Source: a virus (lineage: Duplodnaviria; Caudoviricetes). From it: DNA of 64,000 nt. Shown one piece after another: positions 10,254 through 19,005 of the stretch. The notes under the pieces were generated by a model. It was not told the DNA's origin, made no database searches, and saw only the letters and a list, made by a program, of their open reading frames with translations. The stretch is taken from positions 4,724 through 68,723 of IMG/VR virus record IMGVR_UViG_3300009868_000005; one strand, written 5' to 3'. Every line of letters starts with the position of its first letter. Within the stretch, counting starts at the first letter, position 1. A program made the position numbers and the translations under genes.

Positions 10254-11648
10254 ATGCCTCTTTCAACAATGGTGTCGGGTAGCGGAATTGTCACAGCAAT
10301 TGCGCAGGCTATAGGCCCATCCATACCCGTAAATAGTGATCGATTTGGATGCGGCATAGCCGCCACGGATGATTATCTGGTGGTTGGTGCCCCCGGCTCT
10401 AGCAGGGTATTCTTTTTCGAGAGAGATAGTGGAGGAATCTGGGTTGAGGTTGCCAATTTCTCTTATACGACGGCATGGAGCGCGGGGTCTAGTGTTGATC
10501 TGAAGGGGGATTTTGCAGTAGCTGGAGCCGCCAACGAGGATGAGGGGGGTGGCACAGACGTGGGGACAGTATACGTGTACAGAAGGGTCGCTGGCACCTG
10601 GACTCAAATCCAACAAATATTGTTTCCATTTGCGGTGAGTAGATCTAACTACCATTTTGGTAGATGCGTAGCGATGTCTGGGGACGCATCGGTGCTTGTT
10701 ATTGGACAACCAGACGCAGGGAATAGTGGTATAGGAGGTAGATACTCTTACGTTTATAGGTGGAATACAGGAACGTTACAATATGACTACGAAACCCAAA
10801 TCGGGCCTGGATCGTCGGTTGACTGCGGCTGCTCTATTGCTGTAAGCGACGACTCTAACAGGGTCGCGCTTGGATGTAGGCGAAATTCGTCAAGCAGAGG
10901 TCTCGTTCAGGTATATGAGTACGATACCGGAACTGGGACATGGGGAGCAGGAACGAATATTCAGCCAGCAGACATAGAAACAGGCGATCTGTTCGGCGCA
11001 AGAATTGCCATAATCGGTGATATTATCGCTGCAACATCCCCCGGAGAAGACAACTCAAGAGGCACAAACGCTGGTTCATTATATATATTCGAAAAATCCG
11101 GCGGTGTATGGTCACAGACGGTAAAGATAGTGGGAACAAATTTCATTTCCAACACCACATTCCTAGGTGGCGGAGTTGATGCGTATAGTACCTTTTTAGA
11201 GGATTGGAAGATGGTATTCTATGACGCGAACACCTTGCTATTACCGACACCCAAAGACCAATGTTTTATGGGGACAACAAACACCCCTGGCACACTTAGG
11301 GCATTTGTAGCTTCAGGAGGATGGAGTGGTACGGTAACCGAGCACTTGACCGGGTGGGCACCTCCAACCAGCAATGGAAACGCGGGTCAATGTGCCATAT
11401 CTCGTGGTGGCATCATTATGGGTATACTTCAGGGGTATAACCCCGCAAACTCCACGAGGGGGGCGGTTGTAGATATAGGTGATGTATTTTGGCCGCCGCC
11501 TGGACCTGGTCCTATGCAATATCTCATGCGCGGCTGGAGACCCGGCACTGCCGACTACGAGACCTGGATCGCCGTCGGCGCACCGAATAGTAGCAATCCG
11601 AGCGGACAACCGATCAGTGACATCACGATCCAAGCGAGTTGGCAATGA
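10254..11648 (+). CDS. FG-GAP repeat (integrin-alpha-type beta-propeller) protein
   Basis: Repeats DRFGCGIAATDDYLVVGAPG; GSSVDLKGDFAVAGAANED..GTVYVY; HFGRCVAMSGDASVLVIGQP; DLFGARIAIIGDIIAATSPGED..GSLYIF. Confidence 0.85.
   Translation: MPLSTMVSGSGIVTAIAQAIGPSIPVNSDRFGCGIAATDDYLVVGAPGSSRVFFFERDSGGIWVEVANFSYTTAWSAGSSVDLKGDFAVAGAANEDEGGGTDVGTVYVYRRVAGTWTQIQQILFPFAVSRSNYHFGRCVAMSGDASVLVIGQPDAGNSGIGGRYSYVYRWNTGTLQYDYETQIGPGSSVDCGCSIAVSDDSNRVALGCRRNSSSRGLVQVYEYDTGTGTWGAGTNIQPADIETGDLFGARIAIIGDIIAATSPGEDNSRGTNAGSLYIFEKSGGVWSQTVKIVGTNFISNTTFLGGGVDAYSTFLEDWKMVFYDANTLLLPTPKDQCFMGTTNTPGTLRAFVASGGWSGTVTEHLTGWAPPTSNGNAGQCAISRGGIIMGILQGYNPANSTRGAVVDIGDVFWPPPGPGPMQYLMRGWRPGTADYETWIAVGAPNSSNPSGQPISDITIQASWQ
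11520..11642 (+). repeat. Direct repeat copy 2 (partner 9647..9769)
   Basis: Direct alignment with copy 1. Confidence 0.95.
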
Positions 11649-14548
11649 TTCGAAATAGCGGCGACGAGCAAGTCCTCCGATGGTCCAATCCGATCTTGCC
11701 CCGGACCCTGTATGCCAAGGCGTTCGAGCTTGCGGGAGTGGATCTGTTCACTCTCGCCGCTCGGGTAACTATTGTAGGCGGCACGGTGCAGGCGCTTCTG
11801 AGCCTGGGCACGGCCGGGGCTCGCCGCATCGAGCTTGGTCTCACAGCGGCGTCCGAACCCTATGCCCGTGGCATGGCCCAGGTCGTCCTCGGAGCCGCCA
11901 TCGCTGATGGGGCGCACGACATGGCGTGGATCGTCGAGCCGAGCGGGCAGGTGACATGCATCGTCGATGGCTCTGTGCAAGATGCCGAGTCGATCACGTT
12001 CGGACCCCTATTCGACCGGTTGTGCATTGGTGAGAGCTGCGTCGGTGGCAGCGCATGGGCTGGGGACGTATCGGAACTCTACCTCTACCGACTCGAGGAC
12101 GAGTTCAGCATTCCCAGCATGCTGGGCAGCGACGCCATCATCACCTCTCTGCCTCCCACCGTCTCGATCCTGTTCCCCCTGCCCACTGAGAGCTTCGACA
12201 TCTACGTTGACGGCTCCTCGCTGACGGTGAGCGGGCTCTGTAGCCTTGCCTCGTCTGTACTAGTTGAGATGGACTCGGGCAGCGGCTACGTGCCCTTTGC
12301 GACCGATGCGGCCCCAGGTATCTCGAGCTTCACCGCGACCGGCTCACTGCTCGGCTTCCTCGGCAGCGTGAACATTCGCGCCACGGCAACGGGTCCGGGT
12401 GGCTCTACGCCCTCTGCCGTCGTCTCGATCACCGTGACGCCGAGCGAGTACAAGGACGTGGTCTTTGGCGGGGGTAATGAACACACGAGACATGGGGACA
12501 TTCTTGGATTTGTAAAGGAAAGCAGTTTTTCCGTTTCATTTTGGTGCAAAAATCCGAGCGCAGGGTATGTTATAGCAAAAGCCACAGCGGGAGTCGTTGG
12601 ATGGGGTATTGTGACTGACGGACTTCGACCCGAATTCAGACTAATGTATGGAGGGTTCAACGAACTTCGTGCAAAAATGAGCGTAGCCATACCAGTGGAT
12701 TGGTGTATGGTTGTTATCACGTATCCCGGAGACAATAATGCGAGCAGCGTAAGCATGTATGTGGACGGCATACCGAGAGCTTCTGCGGTAGTATATAATA
12801 ACCTAACCGGCAATATTGCCAACTCCGCAGAATTGAATCTTGGAGGCAGGACCAATGGGTCCTCATGTGTGTCATCCCCCGTGGATGAAGTTTGTGTTTG
12901 GAACAAGGAGCTTTCCGCCGCCGAGGTGGCCGAAATCTACAACGGCGGTGACCCCTTCCTGCCCACCGAGGCTAGCTGTGCCGGGAATCTTGTCGGCTAC
13001 TGGCCCATGGGCGAGGGCGACACCTTCCCCACGCTTCAAGACCGCAGGCTTGGGGCAGAGCTGTCGGCCATCTACCCGACCATCGTCGATACTCGGCTCG
13101 GTACCGACTCAGCAACCTACCCAACCATCCTCGATGCGAGCGGGTCAGGCTTCCACGGGACCATGACGAACATGGCGGTCAACGACATCGTTCTCGACTC
13201 GCCGGGAGGGACGTTCAGCAAGTTCTCGCTCGATCTCGATGGTAGCAATGACTACGTCAACATGGGGAATGTGCTTGGGTTTGAGAGGACGGATAGTTTT
13301 ACCATATCTTGCTGGGTAAAATGTACCGCACTAGCAAATAATGGGCACATATTCGGCAAGATCGGCGATTCGTTTACGGTCCCTGGATACGCACTCGTCA
13401 TTGATTCATCTGGAAGACCATATTTTGCACTGGATAACAGTTTTTCAACCAATTACATAAAGGTCACGTTTACAATTTCTGTAAACGACGGTTTATGGAA
13501 CTTTGTAACGGTTACATACGATGGCAATTCCGACGAGTCCGGCGTACTCATGTATGTAAACGCGAGTCAAATTATCGGTAAGATAATAGAAAGTAACAAC
13601 CTCACAGGAAGTATCTTGACGACTGGACTTTGCACCATAGGACGGAGATACGCCCATCCGTCGACTCTTTTCCCATTCAAGGGTGACATTTCTGACGTGT
13701 CTGTCTGGGACCGCGTTCTCACGCCAGCCGAAATCGCCGAGGTCTACAACGGTGGCGTTCCGACCGACAACCGCCTGCTGTCGAGCGCATCCAATCTGGT
13801 TGGGTACTGGCGCATGGGCGATCAGGTCAGGTTCGACGGCACCATGACCAACATGGCTGTGAACGACATCGTCCTCGACTCGCCGGGAGGGACCTTCAGC
13901 AAGTTCGCCTTGGACTTCGATGGGTCAAACGACTACGTCAAAATGGGTGACGTGCTCAATTTCGAAAATCTCAACAATGAGCCATTTACCGTTGCTGCGT
14001 GGGTGAAGACAACAGACGTGAGTGGATACTTCGTTTCAAAGATGTCATCCACCCCGCAGGGATATGGGTTATACCTGGACGCCTCGGGCTACTTTCAATT
14101 CGCAATAATCAGCGGAGGGCTGTATCGAATAGACATTCGTACAGCAATTACTGTCAATGATGGGAATTGGCACCTTATAGCATGTACATACGATGGGTTG
14201 CAGGTAGCAACTGGGGCGCATACCTATGTGGACGGGGTTGTCTCCGAAGTAGTTCTTGCCAACACGCTGGGAAATAGAACTACGCTCAACATAGGAGAAT
14301 TCAACATCAGCGGAAGAACTAATGGGACCAGCGTATTGACGGAGAGAAGTGGTGACGTGTCGGTCTGGAACCGCGTTCTCACGCCAGCCGAAATCGCCGA
14401 GGTCTACAACGGTGGCGTTCCGACCGACCTTCGCCTGCTGTCGAGCGCAGCCAACCTGGTTGGGTACTGGCGCATGGGCAACCAGGTCAGGTTCGACGGG
14501 ACCATGACCAACATGGAAGCGGGCGACATCGAGACAAGGACATTCTAA
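11645..14548 (+). CDS. Multi-LamG (Laminin_G_3) virion adhesin
   Basis: Tandem units LDxDGSNDYVxMG..FTISCWVK..DGxWxxxxxTYDG..YV..DVSVWxRVLTPAEIAEVYNGG..NLVGYWRMG. ATGA coupling. Confidence 0.85.
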   Translation: MIRNSGDEQVLRWSNPILPRTLYAKAFELAGVDLFTLAARVTIVGGTVQALLSLGTAGARRIELGLTAASEPYARGMAQVVLGAAIADGAHDMAWIVEPSGQVTCIVDGSVQDAESITFGPLFDRLCIGESCVGGSAWAGDVSELYLYRLEDEFSIPSMLGSDAIITSLPPTVSILFPLPTESFDIYVDGSSLTVSGLCSLASSVLVEMDSGSGYVPFATDAAPGISSFTATGSLLGFLGSVNIRATATGPGGSTPSAVVSITVTPSEYKDVVFGGGNEHTRHGDILGFVKESSFSVSFWCKNPSAGYVIAKATAGVVGWGIVTDGLRPEFRLMYGGFNELRAKMSVAIPVDWCMVVITYPGDNNASSVSMYVDGIPRASAVVYNNLTGNIANSAELNLGGRTNGSSCVSSPVDEVCVWNKELSAAEVAEIYNGGDPFLPTEASCAGNLVGYWPMGEGDTFPTLQDRRLGAELSAIYPTIVDTRLGTDSATYPTILDASGSGFHGTMTNMAVNDIVLDSPGGTFSKFSLDLDGSNDYVNMGNVLGFERTDSFTISCWVKCTALANNGHIFGKIGDSFTVPGYALVIDSSGRPYFALDNSFSTNYIKVTFTISVNDGLWNFVTVTYDGNSDESGVLMYVNASQIIGKIIESNNLTGSILTTGLCTIGRRYAHPSTLFPFKGDISDVSVWDRVLTPAEIAEVYNGGVPTDNRLLSSASNLVGYWRMGDQVRFDGTMTNMAVNDIVLDSPGGTFSKFALDFDGSNDYVKMGDVLNFENLNNEPFTVAAWVKTTDVSGYFVSKMSSTPQGYGLYLDASGYFQFAIISGGLYRIDIRTAITVNDGNWHLIACTYDGLQVATGAHTYVDGVVSEVVLANTLGNRTTLNIGEFNISGRTNGTSVLTERSGDVSVWNRVLTPAEIAEVYNGGVPTDLRLLSSAANLVGYWRMGNQVRFDGTMTNMEAGDIETRTF
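13160..13260 (+). repeat. Scaffold repeat A copy 1 (partner 13841..13941)
   Basis: accatgacgaacatggc...gactcgccgggagggac...gactacgtcaa recurs 681 bp downstream. Confidence 0.9.
13694..13856 (+). repeat. Scaffold repeat B copy 1 (partner 14354..14516)
   Basis: 163-bp repeat at a 660-bp offset. 58-bp perfect core 13711..13768 = 14371..14428. Confidence 0.95.
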
Positions 14549-14727
14549 TGGACGATATTCAACACGACGAGATCAGCTCGGGCGACATGTCGGAGTACGA
14601 GATAGCGCTTGCCAGAGCGTGTAGTGACAGAAGCGGCTGGCGAGTAAATGAGAGCCATCTCGGCTACTGCAAACGGGCCTGGGTCGAGGCGTACCGCAGG
14701 CTAGCGAAGGGTGGCGACAATGGATAG
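14548..14727 (+). CDS. Small hypothetical protein
   Basis: TAATG overlap. 59-aa MDDIQHDEISSG...; below the ORF-track length cutoff. Confidence 0.45.
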   Translation: MDDIQHDEISSGDMSEYEIALARACSDRSGWRVNESHLGYCKRAWVEAYRRLAKGGDNG

Positions 14728-14968
14728 GCAAGAGCGACAGTTCACGGACCAGGAACTCGCAATCATCATGCCCTATGTCCGTCACATGGGCAGTCGGGTC
14801 ATCCCGAAGGAGGAGAAGAAGTTCTTCTCCATGGGCCCAGTCGATGTCTGCCGCAAATTGGCGCGGCTCAAGATCCATGTCACGCCTGCGGAGATTCTGA
14901 GGCTCAAGCGGGGGGTGGTTGACGGCGATCGATCGCGCGGTCGTGACGCCCGCCGCGGGCGGGGCTAG
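14720..14968 (+). CDS. Small hypothetical protein
   Basis: Overlaps the previous stop and follows AGGGTGG. MDRQERQFTDQEL... Confidence 0.5.
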   Translation: MDRQERQFTDQELAIIMPYVRHMGSRVIPKEEKKFFSMGPVDVCRKLARLKIHVTPAEILRLKRGVVDGDRSRGRDARRGRG

Positions 14969-14977
14969 GATGACGCC

Positions 14978-15451
14978 ATGGCAAACTCCTGGCTCGAACC
15001 CAATCGCAAGCGATCCACCAAAAAGTCGGGCAAGTCTCGATCCACCAAGCGCTCCTCGACGAAGCGCTCGGCGCGCAAGCCTTTTCGTCGGTCTTCGACG
15101 AAGCGCTCTGCCCGCTCCACGGACAGGGCACCGGCGAGGCGATCTTCTCGCAAGTCGGAGACCAAGTCCCCCCGGCGATCCTCGACCAAGCGAAGTCGGC
15201 GCTCTTCGGCGGAGAGGACCCCGGCCAAGCGAAGCACCAAGCGAAGTGGCAAGCGCTCCTCGACGACGAAGCGATCCTCCTCGTACGCGAAGACCTGCAG
15301 CAAGGGAAAGCGCACGTCTCGGCCCTCTCGGGACAACGAGAGCCTTCGGCAGGCGCTTCGGCTCGTCCAGGGGGCCGGTCATGGGCCTTCCGACAGGGCA
15401 CTTGCCTCCATCGTTCGCAAGCTCGAGCACATCCTCGGCCGGATGCGGTAA
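14978..15451 (+). CDS. Protamine/histone-H1-like Ser-Arg-Lys-rich DNA-binding protein
   Basis: Six TKRS motifs in a ~100-aa basic low-complexity tract plus a short helical C-terminal domain. Promoter GTGACG(14943)-N17-TAGGAT(14966)-N6-ATG. Confidence 0.7.
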   Translation: MANSWLEPNRKRSTKKSGKSRSTKRSSTKRSARKPFRRSSTKRSARSTDRAPARRSSRKSETKSPRRSSTKRSRRSSAERTPAKRSTKRSGKRSSTTKRSSSYAKTCSKGKRTSRPSRDNESLRQALRLVQGAGHGPSDRALASIVRKLEHILGRMR

Positions 15452-15457
15452 CCCTCG

Positions 15458-16996
15458 ATGACGAGCGACACGGAGCATGGTTGCAGCGACTACCTGCGCC
15501 GCAAGTCCGAGAGGGAAAGGGCAGCCCAGTGGCTGGCCGGACTTGGGGAGGGGTACACCCTGGCGCAGGAGGACAAGCTCATCGGGCTTTGCCTCAACCC
15601 CGAGGTGAGAGTGCCCATCAAGTGGGTGGGCGTCACGGTCAAGCACGGCGGCAACCACGGGGTCGTAGCCGTCGCCTCTGATGCCCTTCGGCTTGCGCAT
15701 CCCCAAGGCCCCATCCGCATCAGCGTCAGCTGCCGCGGGGCGCAGATGCTGTGCGACGCCCTCGGTCTGCAGATGCCCACCCCCCTCATCATCGATCGCA
15801 TCTGGGAGCAGGCCAGCCTTCGGGTCACCCCGAAGACCTACACCCCCGACGCGAGCGCGCGGGTTCACGTCCACGACAGGCAGGGGCAGAGCGTCGTCGT
15901 GAGCATGATGGGGATGACGGCCATGATCGCCCACAGCGACCGCATCCAAGCCTCGATTGAGGGCGAGCCCGAGCTTGTCTGCAACGTCGGAAAATGGTGG
16001 GTGTTGTCCAAGTCCATCGCCGGTCAGCCCCCGGGATGCCCGTGCGACTGTGCCAACTACGGGTGGTTCGCCTCTGGCGCCCCCTCTCTGTCGGTCACGG
16101 GGAAGCACCTCTGGCAGCCCGTGAGCACTCGGCACAACCAGTTCCATCGCGACTACTCGCAGACCTTCGTTCCCATTGGCGCGATGATGCTCGTCAACGG
16201 CGTGCCGATGCGCGTTGCGAACGTTCTCCGAGACCCTGAACTCTGCGGCCTCATCTCTCACGAGGGCGTGCTGGAATTCTCCCGGCACCCGAACCTTCCC
16301 TTCTTCACCCCCGATGAGTGTGACGCAACCGACCTCTCCCCCGATCCGAGGCGTGTCCCCTTGCTCGGCGAGGAGCAAGAAGAGGAAGAGATGCCCACCA
16401 AGCCGGTGGGTGCCGTCCTGTCGAACTACGTGCAGGCCGTGAACTACACCCCGGCCGCGGGACGGGCCATTGATCTCGTCGTCATCCACACCATGGAGGC
16501 TCCCGAGAAGCCCGGGACGGCTCGGGGGGTTGCGCAGTGGTTTGCCTCCAAGGACGCCCCGAAGGCCAGCGCTCACTACTGCATCGATGATGCGACCACG
16601 ATCCAGTGCGTTCGCGAACAAGACGTCGCGTGGGCGGCCCCTGGCTCCAACCACAACGGCGTCCATCTCGAGCACGCAGGCTACGCCTCGCAGACGCCTT
16701 CGCAGTGGGACGACGTGTACTCGAGGGCCGTCCTGGAGCGAAGCGCGGTGCTCTGCGCTCGGATCTGTGAGCGTCACCACATCCCCGTCATCTACGTGGA
16801 CGCCGAGGGTCTTCTCCGAGGGGAGCGGGGCGTGACCACCCATGCCCAGGTCACCAAGGCGTGTTCGCTGGCGAAGACCCGAAACGCGCGGACAAGCCCC
16901 TTCTACAAGGCGAAGACGACGCACACGGATCCGGGCCCGAACTTTCCCATGGTCTCGTACCTTGGGACCGTGAGAAGTTTTCTGGAGACGACATGA
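15458..16996 (+). CDS. Two-domain endolysin: uncharacterised N-domain + N-acetylmuramoyl-L-alanine amidase (Amidase_2)
   Basis: C-terminal domain has LVVIHTME, ASAHYCID, VAWAAPGSNHNGVHLEHAG and THTDPGPNFP. Confidence 0.85.
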   Translation: MTSDTEHGCSDYLRRKSERERAAQWLAGLGEGYTLAQEDKLIGLCLNPEVRVPIKWVGVTVKHGGNHGVVAVASDALRLAHPQGPIRISVSCRGAQMLCDALGLQMPTPLIIDRIWEQASLRVTPKTYTPDASARVHVHDRQGQSVVVSMMGMTAMIAHSDRIQASIEGEPELVCNVGKWWVLSKSIAGQPPGCPCDCANYGWFASGAPSLSVTGKHLWQPVSTRHNQFHRDYSQTFVPIGAMMLVNGVPMRVANVLRDPELCGLISHEGVLEFSRHPNLPFFTPDECDATDLSPDPRRVPLLGEEQEEEEMPTKPVGAVLSNYVQAVNYTPAAGRAIDLVVIHTMEAPEKPGTARGVAQWFASKDAPKASAHYCIDDATTIQCVREQDVAWAAPGSNHNGVHLEHAGYASQTPSQWDDVYSRAVLERSAVLCARICERHHIPVIYVDAEGLLRGERGVTTHAQVTKACSLAKTRNARTSPFYKAKTTHTDPGPNFPMVSYLGTVRSFLETT

Positions 16997-18573
16997 GCGA
17001 TACCAGCCGAGCGGTCATCGAGGAGTACGCGAAGCGTGACCCGAACGCGCAAAAGTACCTGAAGGTCTACGATGCCGTCCTCGGCTGCGCGAAGGACCCG
17101 AAGTCGTGCGCCACGAGCTACGCCAAGGACCAGCTGGCGCAGGTGCTCTCCAACGAGACGGGCATCCCGGTTGGCGACATCCGAGGGTGCCTGGACAACC
17201 CACAGCAGTGCGCGCAGCAGCAGGCGCTCAACTACCTGGCGGCCGAGGCGGGCATCAGCCCGGAGGTGTTCCGGCTGGCGGCCGAGTGCGCGAAATCCAA
17301 CGACACGGACAAGTGCGCGAAGGCAGGACTCATCCTGGCGGCAAACGCTGCGTGCACGTACTACACCGCGGGGGCCGGGGCGGTCACGGGGTTGTGCTCT
17401 CGCTTCGCCCCCATCCTCGTGGACTTGGCGTGGCCGACGATCAAGCCTCTCATCGAGTACGCGACCCTGGGGGTTGGTTTCGATGGGCTGGTGAACATCC
17501 TCACCTTCGGCCAGGGGCTTGGTTTCATCCTGAAACCGCTCGGCGGCGCCCTGAGTCTTCTTTCGGGGGGAGACGAGAAGGGCAAATTTTCAGTCAGCAA
17601 GAAGCACGCGGTATTCCATCAAGCGGTCAAGATGACCAACGACGCCGTCAACGGGACCGTCCGGGGCCTGTGGGACGCGCAGTCGGCTGTGAGAACGACA
17701 GCGAGCCTCGGCGCGCCCCGAGGCGACGCGCAGATGGTCGCTTGGGCCAACGACAGGTTCAAGCGGTGGCACGAGATGCGGGCGAGCAAGGAGGCAGCCG
17801 TCTCCTCGGCGCAGAAGGCGTACGACAAGCGAAGCGGGGACGTCTACCAGACGATGAAGCTTCTCACGAACTTGATGATCGCGAAGAGCGAACGCGACTT
17901 CTGGCTCACTTGCCTTGCGCCCCCGTGGGACGTCCCCTTGGCCGCCACCGCGCAGACCGCAGCTCGCGAGCACTTCTACGCGTCGTTCATGGACAAGCTA
18001 GGCGAGTTCGGCTTCACCAAGGCCGCCTGGCGCCAGTCAAAGAAGGGCAAGCGTGTGAGGCTCGACGGGGGCAACTGGTTTGCGTACGGGTGGGAAAACG
18101 TTTGCACCAGCTGCACGCAGAACGACGTCGAGGTGTTCGCCGAGTTGGTCTTGAAGCTTTTCGTCGAGAACCGAATCGCCCGCATCGAGCCGGCCGTCTT
18201 GGCGACCGTGGACAAGATCGTCCGCGAGGTGGCGGCCTCGTCTCCGCAGCTTGCTCCGATGATGCCTCTCGTCTCCCCTTCGGTCTCCCTCGTGTCGGCC
18301 GCGTCTTCTGGCTCGTCGATGACGGTCCTTCCCGTGAGCCTGCTTGAGAGGGGACTGGCGAAGGCCCAGCAGACCAAGACGGTCACCGCGAACCTGACCA
18401 AGCTCATGCAAGCTCGCGTCGCCAAGCCCATCAAGATTCCCGCGGCCAAGGATGACACGAACCCGGCCTTGGTCGCCTGGGAGTGGTCGAGGGCGAACCC
18501 GGAGTACGCCATCCCGGCCGCCTCGGTCGCGCTCGCCCTGGTTGCGCTCGCTGCCCACAAGCTGGCAAGGTAA
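16993..18573 (+). CDS. Large hypothetical protein with C-terminal membrane anchor
   Basis: ATGA coupling. Cys-pair helical repeats near the N-terminus, central hydrophobic Gly-rich segment, C-terminal AIPAASVALALVALAAHKLAR. Confidence 0.7.
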   Translation: MSDTSRAVIEEYAKRDPNAQKYLKVYDAVLGCAKDPKSCATSYAKDQLAQVLSNETGIPVGDIRGCLDNPQQCAQQQALNYLAAEAGISPEVFRLAAECAKSNDTDKCAKAGLILAANAACTYYTAGAGAVTGLCSRFAPILVDLAWPTIKPLIEYATLGVGFDGLVNILTFGQGLGFILKPLGGALSLLSGGDEKGKFSVSKKHAVFHQAVKMTNDAVNGTVRGLWDAQSAVRTTASLGAPRGDAQMVAWANDRFKRWHEMRASKEAAVSSAQKAYDKRSGDVYQTMKLLTNLMIAKSERDFWLTCLAPPWDVPLAATAQTAAREHFYASFMDKLGEFGFTKAAWRQSKKGKRVRLDGGNWFAYGWENVCTSCTQNDVEVFAELVLKLFVENRIARIEPAVLATVDKIVREVAASSPQLAPMMPLVSPSVSLVSAASSGSSMTVLPVSLLERGLAKAQQTKTVTANLTKLMQARVAKPIKIPAAKDDTNPALVAWEWSRANPEYAIPAASVALALVALAAHKLAR

Positions 18574-18577
18574 TATC

Positions 18578-19003
18578 GTGAAGTTCGATGACGATTCAAA
18601 GCAAGACGAGGGCTGGTTTTGGGTTTTCAAAAACCGCGACTTCGAATTAGACGAGTATGGCCATGCTGATTGGGCGGTGGAAAGGTTTGCAGCCTATCTT
18701 ACCGATGCGCCAGATGATGACGACTATCAGGGTTCTCGCGCCAGGGAAATTCTTGCCATCGAAGTAGCCCTACGGCAGGGAGCCATTCGCGTTGCCGGGT
18801 GGAAGGACTTTCAGGTGTGGTGCCTGAACACGCCTCGCCTGCGAGAGATGCAGGCTCACATACGGCGAAATTGGACGCGTGATGCGATCGCCATGCACCA
18901 CGTCACGATCGATGCCGTGATGGAAACCTGGGTCACCCTTCCAGCGCGTGACTTTCTCCGTGCTCGGGACGAAGATGACGTGTGGGCGTTCAAGAGGATC
19001 TGA
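18578..19003 (+). CDS. Hypothetical protein
   Basis: GTG start 4 nt after the previous stop. Fills the gap to radC. Confidence 0.55.
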   Translation: MKFDDDSKQDEGWFWVFKNRDFELDEYGHADWAVERFAAYLTDAPDDDDYQGSRAREILAIEVALRQGAIRVAGWKDFQVWCLNTPRLREMQAHIRRNWTRDAIAMHHVTIDAVMETWVTLPARDFLRARDEDDVWAFKRI

Positions 19004-19005
19004 TC

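Noticed and set aside
9647-14516. Possible diversity-generating retroelement TR/VR pairs
   Set aside because: Mismatches are not adenine-specific and are mostly synonymous. No reverse transcriptase in the window.
14965-15336. Charged repetitive minus-strand ORF (EERRLRLVEDRR)
   Set aside because: Codon-for-codon antisense of the TKRS repeats. The plus-strand ORF has the promoter.
14573-16924. 783-aa minus-strand ORF
   Set aside because: Antisense shadow of the basic protein and amidase genes. No motifs; long shadow ORFs are expected at high GC.
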